Below are positions 35,061 to 47,667 of a stretch of 64,000 nt of DNA, in pieces; the first letter of the stretch is position 1, and each line of letters starts with the position of its first letter. A program made the position numbers and the translations under genes. Source of the DNA: Lepidodermella squamata (lineage: Eukaryota; Animalia; Gastrotricha); contig JBLDXI010000016.1 of NCBI GenBank assembly GCA_047495785.1, positions 558,001 through 622,000 on the forward strand, written 5' to 3'. The notes under the pieces are model-generated. The model saw only the letters and a program-made list of their open reading frames with translations. It was not told the origin of the DNA and made no database searches.

Positions 35061-37352
35061 TTACGGAGCCACAGAACATCTGGTGTCTTTCGGCTGTGTA
35101 ATCTGACCGGACGTAGGTGGTTGCTTCCACGAGATAAAGTAGAATATAGCACTGATAGCAGTTGATGTCATGAGAAGTGCCGCAGCGATACACAAATCCT
35201 GAACCTGTCCGGATGAAGTCATGAATCCGATGGCGACAGATGCCAAGAACATCGAAATGCAGACAATCAATGCCAGAACGAGCTTTTTAATTTCAGGATA
35301 TCGTTTTATACCTTGTTTAGCTCCGAGCTTCATCATTGACAGAAAACCGATGAGGAGAATCGCCACATTGTAGATCAAAGCCACTCCAATCCATATCAGA
35401 CCATACTGAGAGGAACAAGTCGCGGCTTTTGTCCTCACATAAACATCGGCATACTTGAAGTATTTCAAGTCACGAACAGTCCATACAATTTTAGGAAGGT
35501 CGATCGCCATCCAAATGATGTAAAAGAGGATGGCAACTATCGTTATTATCTCAGTTTTAAGATGAGTGCGCTTGCGACTGATATTTATCTTAGGCGGGGG
35601 TTGATTTGGCTTGGCTTTCTTAGGAATAGGTTTCAAAACTTTTGTGAACGCGTATGCTTCAAAGCTGAGCGCGGCAAAAAGAAGCGTGGCTCCCGATAAG
35701 ACAAAGAAAATGGACGAGCCACAAATTCCTGTTGATTTCATCGTAGCGTTGGTTGAAACCAAGACTGAAGAAACGTCGAGGAAAACGAAGCTGGCGATAA
35801 AGATCGCGTCTTGTTTGATCAGCATCAAAGTGAGGTATTTCGCTATTGCGGTGAGATGGGAACCCGACAAAATGACGACGATAATGAATCCAAATATTGA
35901 ATCACCAGCTATCACATCGACTTCATCAGCCGAATCCTTTGGAACAAACCCAGGAGCGAATGACTTCACTGGCGAGATGCTAAACACATTTTCATCGAAT
36001 AGATCTGTTGAATTCGCTTCCAATTTGACAACAAATCTAACGACTTGCCCATCTTCGTAGGTGGTCAGCATTTGCGGCTCGGAGTCCCACTCTAATCGTT
36101 TCGAATAGAAAAAAGGTCCTGTTCTCATGTTGTTAAACGAAACATTGGCCGCACTCATATTAGCGATAGAAGCAACGAAAGGAGAGTCATTCTTGTAATC
36201 CTTCAGGGTCATTTTCATGGATTGCAGTTTGGTTTCCGTCGCCTCAAGTATTCTCACTGCTGTCATGGCGGCATCGTAGCACATATGCCGATAGATATCG
36301 CCCGGATGATAGTATGGAATATATTTAGCCCAGATACTTTCGAATTCATTGTAAGTTAGGCCGAATTCGTCTTTACCGTCGTACGGGATCATTAACGGGT
36401 CGACCGGGCCTGAGAGAATTGTTCGAGTCAATTGCTCAATGTATATCTCCTTCGTACAGTCTGGTGGGTAGACAAAGTAAGGAAGGACTTTAGGATCACC
36501 GTAGGCCATGCTCCCGATGAAGAAAAGATATCGCCCGCCTTTCATCCCAAACTTGTGGAGCTGGCAAAGAAATATTAGGTTGGATCGCCAATCACCAGCC
36601 TCCATTGAAAACACGCGAATATCGGCGTCTTTCAGCGTTAGGATGAATTCATCAGTGAATTCAGTTACTGCCTCAAATTTTAGTACATCGAAGCCAGATC
36701 GAACCAAAGCGCTATGAAAGTATATCGCAGACTCCGTGTTGAAGGTGATGTCAGTGTTTAGTATTGTTACTACGGCGATTTTTCGAATATTAGTGAATTT
36801 TTTCAAGAATTGAATTCGCGCATGATGGCCGATTTCTGTGGGAGAGCGTATGCGGTATAGGTTTGGAAATAAATCTCGTCTTTCAGTTAGACCAGGGGCT
36901 GGGCAAGACGTCGCGACTACAACCATGTCCAAGTGGCCTGAGACTGAGCCTAAAGATTTGCAGCCAGGAGTAAAAATTGGGCCGAGAGCCACTGGGGATG
37001 GATATTGGCTTCGATCATCTTGCGATTCAATGTATTCCCAGGAGAACTGAACGCCATGCATAGCTGATCCAGCAGTATTGACAATCTCGTCGCGATGATC
37101 GAGTTCGATGTGATAATCTGGCAAAATGTCGCTCCTGTTGTTGACCAGCTCAATTGCCAAATCTTGCGCCAGTGAACAGCGGTAGAAATCCACGCCAGGG
37201 ATGCCTGAATTTACCGGCAAAACTGACAACATTCTGAGCCGATATGGCTTGGCAGCGTCAGTGGAATGACGCAACGATGCACATAACCCGAAAAAGAGGA
37301 AGAAGTTTGAACCCATTTGTTGCAGAAATAATATTTTATTTCGGATTCGCAT
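35061..37352 (-). CDS. Intronless GABA-B-like class C GPCR copy F (likely start 37316)
   Basis: VFT of D-type, TM2-3 of E-type; 7TM intact; signal MGSNFFLFFGLCASLRHSTDA. Confidence 0.91.
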   Translation of the reverse strand: MRIRNKILFLQQMGSNFFLFFGLCASLRHSTDAAKPYRLRMLSVLPVNSGIPGVDFYRCSLAQDLAIELVNNRSDILPDYHIELDHRDEIVNTAGSAMHGVQFSWEYIESQDDRSQYPSPVALGPIFTPGCKSLGSVSGHLDMVVVATSCPAPGLTERRDLFPNLYRIRSPTEIGHHARIQFLKKFTNIRKIAVVTILNTDITFNTESAIYFHSALVRSGFDVLKFEAVTEFTDEFILTLKDADIRVFSMEAGDWRSNLIFLCQLHKFGMKGGRYLFFIGSMAYGDPKVLPYFVYPPDCTKEIYIEQLTRTILSGPVDPLMIPYDGKDEFGLTYNEFESIWAKYIPYYHPGDIYRHMCYDAAMTAVRILEATETKLQSMKMTLKDYKNDSPFVASIANMSAANVSFNNMRTGPFFYSKRLEWDSEPQMLTTYEDGQVVRFVVKLEANSTDLFDENVFSISPVKSFAPGFVPKDSADEVDVIAGDSIFGFIIVVILSGSHLTAIAKYLTLMLIKQDAIFIASFVFLDVSSVLVSTNATMKSTGICGSSIFFVLSGATLLFAALSFEAYAFTKVLKPIPKKAKPNQPPPKINISRKRTHLKTEIITIVAILFYIIWMAIDLPKIVWTVRDLKYFKYADVYVRTKAATCSSQYGLIWIGVALIYNVAILLIGFLSMMKLGAKQGIKRYPEIKKLVLALIVCISMFLASVAIGFMTSSGQVQDLCIAAALLMTSTAISAIFYFISWKQPPTSGQITQPKDTRCSVAP

Positions 37353-37780
37353 CGCCTTATATATCCCTTTCGGATTTCCATTTCCTGTTGTGCTTGACGT
37401 GACAACAGGAAGTGCAGGTCATGTTTTTTTCCTTAGGTATTGGAAACTACTGTGTTTTGTGTTGTTGTTTCTTTGATCAAACTAACAAGCTATTTGAAAC
37501 CACAGACAATGCACCGGTCGTGCTCAACCAGCACAGACAGAGCTTTTCCGAAATATAGACTATTTCTATGCATGTTTTATATATTTGTACTTTCCCGAAA
37601 AATTGCACAAAAGCCTCTATTATGTGTCATATATTTCACTCATCATGGATTGATGTGTATGGATTGTCCAATGCTGAGACATTTTTTGAGAATAATGAAA
37701 CGAGTGATTCACCACCATGAGGGTAGGGCGATGAAGGATAATAGACTGCCGGAACTCTAGTTAAAGAATGCATGAGAGAA

Positions 37781-37876
37781 CGTTTCATTATTAAAGAATG
37801 AGAGAACGAACAGGATAGTTTTCATACTTTCCTGAAAACTATCCTGTTCGTTCTCTCATTCTTTAATAATGAAACG
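37781..37876. repeat. Perfect 44-bp-stem, 8-nt-loop inverted repeat
   Basis: cgtttcattattaaagaatgagagaacgaacaggatagttttca-tactttcc-reverse complement. Confidence 0.95.
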
Positions 37877-38155
37877 ATGAGGACGGAAGACACAACACAC
37901 AACCTATTGATTCCGCTAGTTATAGCCCCGATCTTGAAGGACTCGGGACTCTGTAAGTGCCGTCGAATTGTAACGTAACAAATTTTCTTTCTAGTAGATA
38001 TCGCTAGCGTCGTTGAATAACTCGGAATATGTAACTCGCTTTTGTAACTCAGTTACAAAGCGACGGCACCAAGTGATGATTGCTCTCGCATGGGCTATTC
38101 ATTTTTAGTTAACTATTCAAGTTCAGAGAGAAATTATCGAGCAGACTGCGCAGGA

Positions 38156-39545
38156 AAATTTGTTTTGCGAATCATGAAAATGCAAAGGAAAAAGTGCATT
38201 TCATTTATCCCGAGGTTATGCATTATCTCACCGACCTCCTTCTACCACAAAACTTTAGCTAATGGGTGTAACAATGTCTCTAATTACCCTGGCGTCCAAG
38301 TAAAACAAATTGGATTTGTGATGATGACATTACGCGACATACTACTCCACTTTATTCACATATCTTCAACCGACTCTCACAGCTTCCGCAGTGAATACTG
38401 CAGAATATTGCATTATCAACAACTACTTCAAAGCTTGATGTAGTTGAACTCCTTATACGGCATGTAATCTTCATCTATCCAACATCCATCCGACATCTGA
38501 CAATAGTCGATTTTGTCGCTTTTGGTTTGTACACGGAACGCCCTGCAAGCCTTGTTGCTGCGACACAATGCGGCACACTTGTCAACGGGTGTATTTTTAT
38601 ATTCAGGTCCCACACGGTCACCACCCATAACTCCACGCCCACAATACTGACGGACATACTTGAATCCAGCAGGATCTGTAGAAAAAAAACAGAGATCAAC
38701 ATCGCGAAGTCAACATTAACCACCGCTGTAAACTTGCCTGCAGATGCAGCTAGCCCGATGAGCATAGCCAATAAGAAGAGAACTGACTTGAACATTGTGT
38801 ATGAGACTTGACAACTGAGAATAAAACGAAGTTGGTTTTACAAATTAAAATGAACAACTGACTAAGACGTGAAGTGGTAGCGCTGATCTGCCTGATCTGT
38901 CGCGGCATCGCAGCTGAAAGATCAACCGACTGGTAAAGAACGTGATCGTCTAGCCGGGCATCAAGGGTGCGATGACGTTCGCCAAGTTGTATTTTTGCAT
39001 GCGCAGTGTCAACAATTTCGCTCTGAACTCGGTGCAAATAAAAATGAATAGCCTACGCGGGAGCACTCATCAAGTAATGAGTCAGTTTCTTGTGTGCTAT
39101 GTCAGCTAATAAATTGTCATCTCTATTAGCCCAATTTTTTTTATAATATGCGATATTGAGAAAATTGGAAAAAGCAGCGAAATAATGAACGAAAACAAAA
39201 ATAAAGTACCACCGGAAATGATGTTCAATACCTATTTTGCAGTGTATGTGTTTAAATAGAGTTAAATGGCTTCGCTTGTTGGCTTCGGGCTTGCCGGTGC
39301 AACGGTAGTGCCGGGTCATATGCATTTCTTTTATGGACAACAATCCGGAGAAACTGCATCTGAAACGCCGAGAAGCTGAAATGTATAAAAACGTAAAGCT
39401 ATTCAAATGCTAAATTACTAGGAAATTATTAAAATTTTTTGTACAATTCAGCTCCTCGGCGTTGCTCTCCATTTACGAAACCTATAAATTGGATAATCGT
39501 CGGGAAATGAAGGTTCGATATCCGAGGCGTACTTGTGCGCGAAAT
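38156..39545 (+). repeat. 1.39-kb segmental duplication, copy 1
   Basis: Apparently identical to 48900-50289 (offset 10744); ORF translations inside are identical. Confidence 0.93.
38428..38795 (-). CDS. Small secreted PAN/apple-domain-like protein (PAN2, ~101 aa, 2 exons)
   Basis: Exon1 38795-38738 MFKSVLFLLAMLIGLAASA; GC-AG intron 38737-38676; exon2 DPAGFKYVRQYC...DKCAALCRSNKACRAF...YCQMSDGC...IKL. Confidence 0.78.
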
Positions 39546-39846
39546 TCTGCGCTTTTCCGCGCAGCTCGGCTTCACTCAGCGACTGAAGTCCTGTTAGGAA
39601 GTTGAAAAAGGCGGATATTTCGGCGTAAGCTGACCTCCGCTTTTCGACATCAGCTTCGAGATTGAAAATAATGACTTCGAAAGTTTCTGAACTAAAAAAC
39701 TCCCGCGGATCGTTGCGATTCTCTGAGATCGAAGGCCCGCCGCGCTTTTTCTGGTAGTCCTGATCAATTGTACTCTCTATAGCTTCGCATTCGATTGCTT
39801 CGAATTATTCTTTGAGACCACCTAGAAAGTGTTCAAGGGATTCAAG
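39450..39846 (-). pseudogene. Probable hAT (ZMYM1-like) transposase C-terminal relic
   Basis: Minus-strand translation ...DPREFFSSETFEVIIFNLEADVEKRRSAYAEISAFFNFLTGLQSLSEAELRGKAQNFAHKYASDIEPSFPDD resembles the region preceding the hAT dimerisation domain (recognition by eye only). Confidence 0.5.
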
Positions 39847-40524
39847 TACAGTAAAAGTAGTGTAAACCGGAGTCGTCTAAACCGGAATTTCTCTAAACCG
39901 GACGGATTTCAGTGGCTCTTGCAGAAAGTGTGCACTTTACATTATACATTTGTCGTCTAAACCGGACTTTTCCTAATTCGGAGCGATTTTTGACGTGGGA
40001 AGGTTAAAAAGTCCGGTTTAGACCCTTTTTCCCTTGCTTTTCGTCATTTTCAAAGCGCTTGGAACCAGGCTCTTCCGAGGCGTTAACTTTGGTGTTGCTC
40101 ATGAATGACAGCCGAAGAGTGGATGATCCACACTGCGCCACCTCCGCTTATGAAATATGATGACGATCAAATCCTGCTTAAATACTTTTTGTGAATAATA
40201 CGATATCACTTGTTACAAGATCTTATTGATCAGTGAATCTCTAAATCAAGGTAGAGGATTGGGATTTTTGGGAGTTTCAGGAACTACGCGAAGTCCATTA
40301 AAATGAAAAAATGCCGGCTAAATCGTTGGCCGAACCTAGCCGAAACATTTAGTTCCACAGAGTTCGGCCAGGACGTGAAACTATATCGACGTTGTAAAAC
40401 GAATCTAAAAAATTCCCCACGTATAACTGGCTCAATCGAGTTGCTAATTCTAATAAGTCTACCTCAATGAAAGAAATATTTCCGGAATACCGACGCCTTA
40501 TTCAAAATTAGACCATGTGACGTA

Positions 40525-40630
40525 CAGGGTGTTCAAGAAATAATAGCTAGCTATAAATAGCTTTGCTGCTTTTGGCACGCGATTCAGCGTTTTCGAGCTA
40601 AAAGTTAGATATTATTTAACGAACACCCTG
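40525..40630. mobile_element. Small Tc1/mariner-like MITE
   Basis: ta|cagggtgttc ... gaacaccctg|ta. Confidence 0.8.
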
Positions 40631-40636
40631 TAGCCG

Positions 40637-42214
40637 TCACCATTTCTTCTGAAAAATATCACCATTTCTTCTGAAAAATATTGCTTCGAGTTGCGCGTAT
40701 CCCTTAACATTCATCTATAATGCTTCATTCTGTCTGAGTTCTGTTCCTTCCATTTGGAAGAAAGCAATTGTTGTTCCGATTTATAAGAGATCGGGTGATA
40801 CATCGAATGCACTGAACTGCCGCCCTATTAGTCTTACTTCAGTGGCTTGTAAAGTACAGGAAAAGTTTATCAGGTCGTCGATTATGAACTACCTAACACG
40901 AAACAGACTGATTCCACCTAATCAATATGGGTTTTTGCCACAGCGCTCCTGCGAGCTTCAGCTTTTGCTCTGCCTGAAAGATTGGACTACTGCGGTTGAT
41001 CAAGGAAATGGCGTCGATGTAATCTATTTAGATCTGTCGAAAGCCTTCGATGTTGTTCCGATCGACTTTTTACTTGCCAAGCTGGAAGAGATCAACATCT
41101 GTGGCAGCGTGCTCTGCGTGCAGCGTGGCTGGATCAAGGATTACTTGTCTGGTAGAAAATTTCAAGTCCGCGTTAACAACTCGACATCAGCATTTTCCGA
41201 CGTGCCTTCTGGGGTTCCGCAGGGCTCAGTGCTCGGCCCTCTGTTGTTTGTTATCTTCCTACTCCATATTAATCAGTGCATCAGTGATAGCACCGCAAAA
41301 TTTTTTGCAGATGATACCAAGCTATATAAAATTGTAAATAATTCTTCCGACAGCGACAAATTGCAGAATGATTTATCCAAACTATGCTCTTGGTTCACAG
41401 AAAACGGCTTGCTGATAAATCCTAGGAAATGTTATGTTCTTCGACTAGGGCATCGTCGCTTTTCATACGATTACCATATCGATGGTATCAAGCTTGAAAC
41501 TGTCGACTGTGTACGAGACCTAGGTATTCAAGTGGATAGCGAGCTATCTTTCGAGACTCATTGTTGTTTACTAAAGAAAAGGTGCAATAATTTGATTGGT
41601 TGTATTCTCAAATCTTTAAAAAGCAGGAATCTTCGATTGAAAGCCTATAAAACCTATGTTTTACCACTACTCGACTATGCGTCCTCGGTTTATAATCCTT
41701 TCCATCTCGGGATTATTGATGATCTGGAATCAATTCAGCTAAAATGTTTAATGAAATTGTCGAATTACGAATCATCTGATTATAATTTTCTACTTACAAA
41801 ATTTGATTTGTAGTCTTTGGAACAGCGCCGATTCACTAAAGATATTGTTTTCACTTACAAATTCTATCATAATCTTGTTGACGCTAAATTTACAGATTTA
41901 TTTACGTCTTCTAGCAACAAATATGCTCCTCTTCATCGCATTCGTCAATCTGAATGCCATTTGAACTGCAGAAAATATTCTCTTGACAGACGAATTGTAA
42001 ATGTTTGGAATACTTTCAACATCGAAAATGTTAATTCTAGCCTCAATTCATTTAAATAATTTCTTATGAATATTGATATTGATAAACATCTTGTGTCGTC
42101 AGTGAGGCGCCGTAATATGTGAAAAATTATCTTTCTTTTTCTGTTTTACTGTTTGCTACAATCGCAAGTGCGATAATTGCAAGTCAAATATAAATAAATA
42201 AATAAATAAATAAA
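40637..42214 (+). mobile_element. 5'-truncated non-LTR retrotransposon (CR1/L2/Jockey-group RT), dead copy
   Basis: RT motifs RPISLTS, QYGF, DLSKAFD, GVPQGSVLGPLLF, FADDTK, RDLGI; in-frame stop at 41811-13; (TAAA)6 tail 42191-42214. Confidence 0.92.
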
Positions 42215-42284
42215 CTAAGAGGTTTTCGGACACGAAAAACTGAAGCCAGACTAATAAGGGGTAAAGTTCATCGTTTCAAATTTA

Positions 42285-43151
42285 CCGTAACGACGTGTAT
42301 CTTTGGACAAAACGTGTTTTTCAAACATTAAAAATCAGCCTTTACTCCCAAATTTTACTTCCCAAATTTTCACCAAAGATGGAGACGGTGATTCTTGAAT
42401 TTACTGAAAATTTTCATAATTTTGAGAATTTTACCTGACCTTTGGCAAATTAATATGTGTTCCGGTAACTTTGGACAATTAGAGGGTAGCTTTGGACACT
42501 CATTTGCATATGCAATTTCATTACAATTTCATTGTGAATTATCTGTTTTTCATGGTTTTTCATGGTTTTTCATTTAATCTTGGGTCAGATTTCGAAAAAA
42601 TTATGAACAGATGGCGCATCATCTGTTTCTCGGCAGTTCAATAAAGATACGTTTCTGCGCAGCAGCATCATACACCATAAGCAGGTAAATGCCCTGCTAA
42701 AACGCGTCGACGGATTGCCATTTTTTCTTCGATTATAGGGAGAGTAAAGATAGGAGAATACCCTTGCCAACTTTCATTGAAAACTGATCGATTATTAGAA
42801 AGATACAAGGGGGGTCCCAAAACGGCACCCAAAGTCTAACTGCTTGTAACTTTTCCTGAAATACGATTTCAGCTCCAATCGTCTTGATTTAAAATTCAAA
42901 CGAAAGCTGAAGAGACGGAGAATTTTATGCAAAAAACCCCATGATTTAAACGTTCAACCCTGAAAAGCTAATCACATGCAAAGCCGAAAGTGTCCAAAGT
43001 TACCGTGTCCACAATCTCTTTCTCTCATTCATTCTCATTTTTATTGCAAATTGTTTTTCAACAGTTAGCAAATAGTTAAGTTTAGTTTAGCAGAAAGTTG
43101 TTTCTTGGCGCCTCACCACAGAAGTCACGTGACAATCACCACACGTTACGG
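42285..43151. mobile_element. TA-TSD non-autonomous element
   Basis: ta|ccgtaacg ... cgttacgg|ta, interrupting the P-like host precisely. Confidence 0.8.
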
Positions 43152-44907
43152 TAATGATAAATCATGTCATTATTTTCAACCAAAAATGTCTTGTGCTATT
43201 TATGTGTAATTTTGAGCAGATGCTGCCATTTCATCAGCTCAATTCATCTTTAAAGATGCATCTCCTCTTTGTAGCACCAAATCACTACTTTATGCAATCT
43301 TTAAAACTTGAAATAATTAAGTTTATATTGTTAAATTTTAATTATTAAACAACTTTGAATTGGGCCCCGTCATTTTATGTTTTTTAATCTGCAACATATT
43401 CAGAATATTGATGAGGACAAAAGTGAACACGTCTTCTTGTTTGCCGGCGTGCCTGAGTGCGGCGTCCTATCTACGTCACATGAATTAGACATGTAGGGAG
43501 AGTATTTTGATATTTTGGGTCGGCTATTGTTGAGCGTAATGATTTAGAAATTAATTTGGTTGAGTACAGTAAGCTGGTCTTATTTCGGACAGAAACGTGT
43601 TTTTCGGGCTTCATTCTCTGAGGTGAACGATTTTTTTTACGCGCTTTATGTCAAAAGATGCGCCTTGAAAAACTGCATCAACTCCGGTAAACAAATAATT
43701 GTCCCTGTACACTGTACATGTATTAAAGGAAAACTGATCCGGCTAATTTCGGACACAACTTGGGTAATTTCGGACAGCTCAGTGTGAATATTTAGATTGG
43801 GGCCAAAGTGCACATTAAAGCGAGATAAAATTTGTGAGCAGATTTAAATCAAACAAAATTTAAAAAAAAATGCATGAGAGGGATTCGAACAGCTGGTGCT
43901 GTTCTCACTGAGATATGGAATTTAAAAAATGTCAAGGTCTATTGGCATCTTTTTAAATTCTTTGTAGTTTGTAGTTTGAAGCTGTCCGAAATTAGCCGGG
44001 ACAAAATGGGTTTTCTAAAGCATTTCCTGATCAAAATTTCCTTCATGTTTTTTTCGTTTTTCGTATACCTCTTTCATTTAGCGCAAAGAAATTGAGGCGT
44101 TACCATGTTAGATTTTGAAATAACGCCTACAAAAGCCTCGTTTTTATGAGGTTTTTGTGCGATTTGACACAAAGTAACGCTCAGCGTTTAGAAAAAGATG
44201 GAAAGCTATGCATATTTTGGTCTTAAAAGATACCGCGGACAGCCGCCTACAACAAATATGAATAAAATCAAAATGTAACCATTACAGATTTTGAAAAAAA
44301 CTGTGCTAAAAAATTAGGAACACAATTTTATACTGCGGCAAAATTTATTTTTAAAATAATATTAAATTTATTAAATATTTTTTATTTAATTATAAGAAAT
44401 GTAAATATTACAAAAATAATACGGGTAAAAATTGTGGCCCGATTTTTTTTGCGTTTTCCGATGACCTTCACCAGGGGGACCTTACTTTTTGTGCGTACTG
44501 TAGCTCTTTACTCTTGTATTTTCGCTACCAGTTTTCCTGGCATACTTTTCCAAAAGAAATTCGTGAATTTTTACTGTAGATTTAAACTATCAGTTACTGA
44601 AAACCGTATAAAAATATCTCGATAGTTCTGGAGTAATCGAAAAAATTCGGGAGAATAAATTTGCGAAATCGGCGCTGTTACATTGCTTGAGCGCGCATGG
44701 CATTTTATTGAAGGTGTGCGGGTCAAGTGCGCGCGTGCAGTGCTTTAGACGGACGGACGGTCCGTTTTGACTTTATAGTACCGGGTTTCACCCGGCATAA
44801 ATGCACTTGCTGCGCAACAAAAAATAGCAGTGATTCATTTGCTCGGCAAAACCAACCTATAATGATGAGGACGAGTTCGGGTGGGTCGAGGTAGAATTCG
44901 CGATTTA

Positions 44908-46171
44908 TTACTGGCATTCATTCCTGGCAGAAGTTGGAATACGACAAATTTGTTTGACAAAATGAGTGTTGGGGCATGAGAAAATGTTATCCTTTTTTGT
45001 CTGGCCCCAGAAGCCTAAGTGGCATAAGTGTAGTTGCCGATGACGTAGGAGTTGTGTAAAAGATTGAATGTTTTCGGGGGAAGATAAGTAGTAAAATTCT
45101 CTATCATGTTCGGGATAAGTGCGGTTATACGTTTTGTATTCGCATTGATAACCTCGCCATTTTGTCGAAATGCAGATTATGCGAGAAATAAAGTATTTAA
45201 ATTCTTTCACTCGTGCAATAGATTCACCGTAAGGGTAAATTTTAGGTTGATATTTTCGGCAAAGCGTTTCTCAAATACCATGATTTTGGTTTTTTGGATT
45301 TTCAGCCAATAGAACCAAGTCATCTGCGTAAAGGATAGCGAGAATGACGCATTGGCCAAAAGTTAAGCCGGGGATCAAATTCATCAAAAAAGGTATCAGG
45401 TCATTTATGAAAATAGAAAAAAGCAGAGGGGAGAGAGGGTCCCCCTGGCGCACTCTGACATTGGACTTAATAGGTTTGTCGAAAAGGATCGAGGATTTTG
45501 TACCGCAAAAACAGTTTGTTATCGTTATACCTGCTTTTGATCACTTCGATAAATGATTCAGGCAATCCTAGTTTAGCTAATTTTCTGATGAGTAGGGCTC
45601 GGCTTATTTTGTCAAATGCGCTGGAGAAATAAACAAACGCTGTATAAATATTTTTGCCTTTGGTCAGAAAGTATGCTATAATTGCGTAATATACGGTGCA
45701 GACGTCAGTAGTGCCTAGTTTAGGGGTGAATCCAAATTGTTCCGGTCTTAAAATGTTTTTAGCAGTGCACCATTTTCTTAGTCGTTTTTCAAGGAGGCTT
45801 GAAAAGATTTTCGCAAAGACAGAAATCAGAGTGATTGGGCGGTAGTTTTTCGGGTCTCGTCGGTCGTTTTTCTTAAAAATCGGAAGGAGAATTGCTTTAC
45901 GCCAACACTCGGGATATTCACCCGTTCTTAAAATTTTGGTATACAATAGGCCGAGGAAAGGGTATAGACCTTTCTTGCATACGTCTAATTTGAGACATTC
46001 AATTTGGTCAACACCTGCACAGGATTTTGAGTTGGAATTAGCGACGATGTTTTCAATCTCAGAAATTGTAACTGGGGATAAAAGTTCCTTGTCTACTGGG
46101 TCGCAGGTTTTGATAGAGGTTTCTAGTATTGGGTTTGTCATAATCGTTATAATAAATCGACAATACCGCAT
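44908..46171 (-). mobile_element. Degenerate LINE reverse-transcriptase remnant (second family)
   Basis: WRKAILLPIFKK..NYRPITL, QFGF, SAFDKI, RQGDPLSPLLF, LYADDL spread over frameshifted ORFs. Confidence 0.88.
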
Positions 46172-47667
46172 AAATAGAACACTCCCTTCTCACTGACAAC
46201 ATCGGTTCTAAATTTTATGAATTTTATTTTGATATAAAAATCGCCGGGAAAGTCGAAAGTTAGCCTTTGCAATTGCCGCGGTATTTCACTACTAAACTAA
46301 ATGCGGACACGGCTTCAACTTCGCAATTTCGCAAGTCCCAAAAAGATCCAAGTTCGAATAAGCTAATCCGCACTTTTTATATTGGAATATTCAATGTTTA
46401 CCGTCCTGTCCGATATGCTATCATGACCGAAGATAAATTGAATTACAGAAAATAAATTGGTGTATAATCGAGATTTTGCGTGCTCGCCTTGTGCGCGCGT
46501 CCACGTCGATTGCGCAACGCGCTCACAAAACGCCAGCCAATAGGAGCACGCGCGTGGAGGAAACTTAGAATTTGCCATTTGAAAATGGCGGGGAATCATG
46601 GTATAAATAGCTACCAACTGACCGCCCGGGGCGGCCAGAAACCTGACGGAAAATCCGAATTTGACGGAAAATCAATGACGAGATATCACTGTCATTTCAT
46701 GATACTTTGCATGTTTGTCGGCGGGGGCGGCTAGAAAACTGACGGAAAATCGAGGTTACACTGTAGTTCACCAAGGGCTCTGTAAGCAAGTAGTAAGAGC
46801 GATAAACGCACTCTCGCCACAATTGCCACAGTGCAGGGATAACTTTCTAGCGGAGACGGGGTAAGCAGTGGCACATCCGCCGTAGCGTCAACTGTGCTCA
46901 CCTCCACCAAGATAATTTTCAGGATCTTCCGATGCTACGATGCCAGTTTTCAGATCTCTGTTTCTATAGTCTGTACTGGGCTCTCGGAGGAGTGCGTGGT
47001 CCCACTTATGAAGATCATGGTCACTCAGCATGGACGATACTCAACTGGCTTGACTCAGATACGGTGAGCTCGGCCTAGCTTCAGTATGATCCACAACGGT
47101 GGCCTCCTCCATCATTGTAACCGTTCATTGCATAGAACGAGACACTAGTCACAGAGTACTAAACCCCCGAAGCCGTAACTCATCAGAGGTTGTTCTTCCG
47201 ACCAGTGCCGCCAGAGACCCGTGCCAGGCACGTCCGCGTCCGGAAAAGCGCTCCTTGCGATGGGGCGCTTTTGCTCAACTGCCTATGCCTTACCAAGCGC
47301 CGATCCTAGTCCGTACAGGGAGACACTCTGCTACGTAGGGCGCTATCCTACGTGACCGGACATAAATCACGTGGGGAGTTGCCCCAAATACCGTATGTTA
47401 GCAACCATGCACTTACTGCACATGGGCTTCAGTATCTGTCCTCCTGGCATCATTGCAGGTTGATTCCCGACTAACTACGACAATGGTATATAATGGATTC
47501 GAAGAGTACATAACGCAGTTATTGTACTCGGATATTGGCCGAGAGGCGCTGGCTCGCTTTAAGCGAGTCCAATTAGTTTCTCCATACAAGTAAATAAACG
47601 GTACAAGTATACTCACGTTGACCGCCTCGAGATAGGGCCGCGCTATGTCTCCAGCGATGAATTACAC

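Larger units (their letters stand above)
40514..43482. mobile_element. P-like MITE swollen by three nested insertions
   Basis: Ends catgtgacgta / tacgtcacatg, 8-bp TSD aattagac (40506-13; 43483-90); internal pieces 42215-42284 and 43154-43482 align with 7636-8045. Confidence 0.85.

Noticed and set aside
10108-37050. Recurrent plus-strand ORFs inside the GPCR genes
   Set aside because: Antisense shadows of conserved coding sequence; they recur only because the sense genes are paralogous.
19872-37352. Assigning GABBR1/GABBR2 symbols
   Set aside because: Pocket residues, coiled coil and exon structure differ; orthology is unsupported.
46764-47660. Coding-like minus-strand stretch with a CxxC motif
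   Set aside because: Interrupted by stops and no family recognised.
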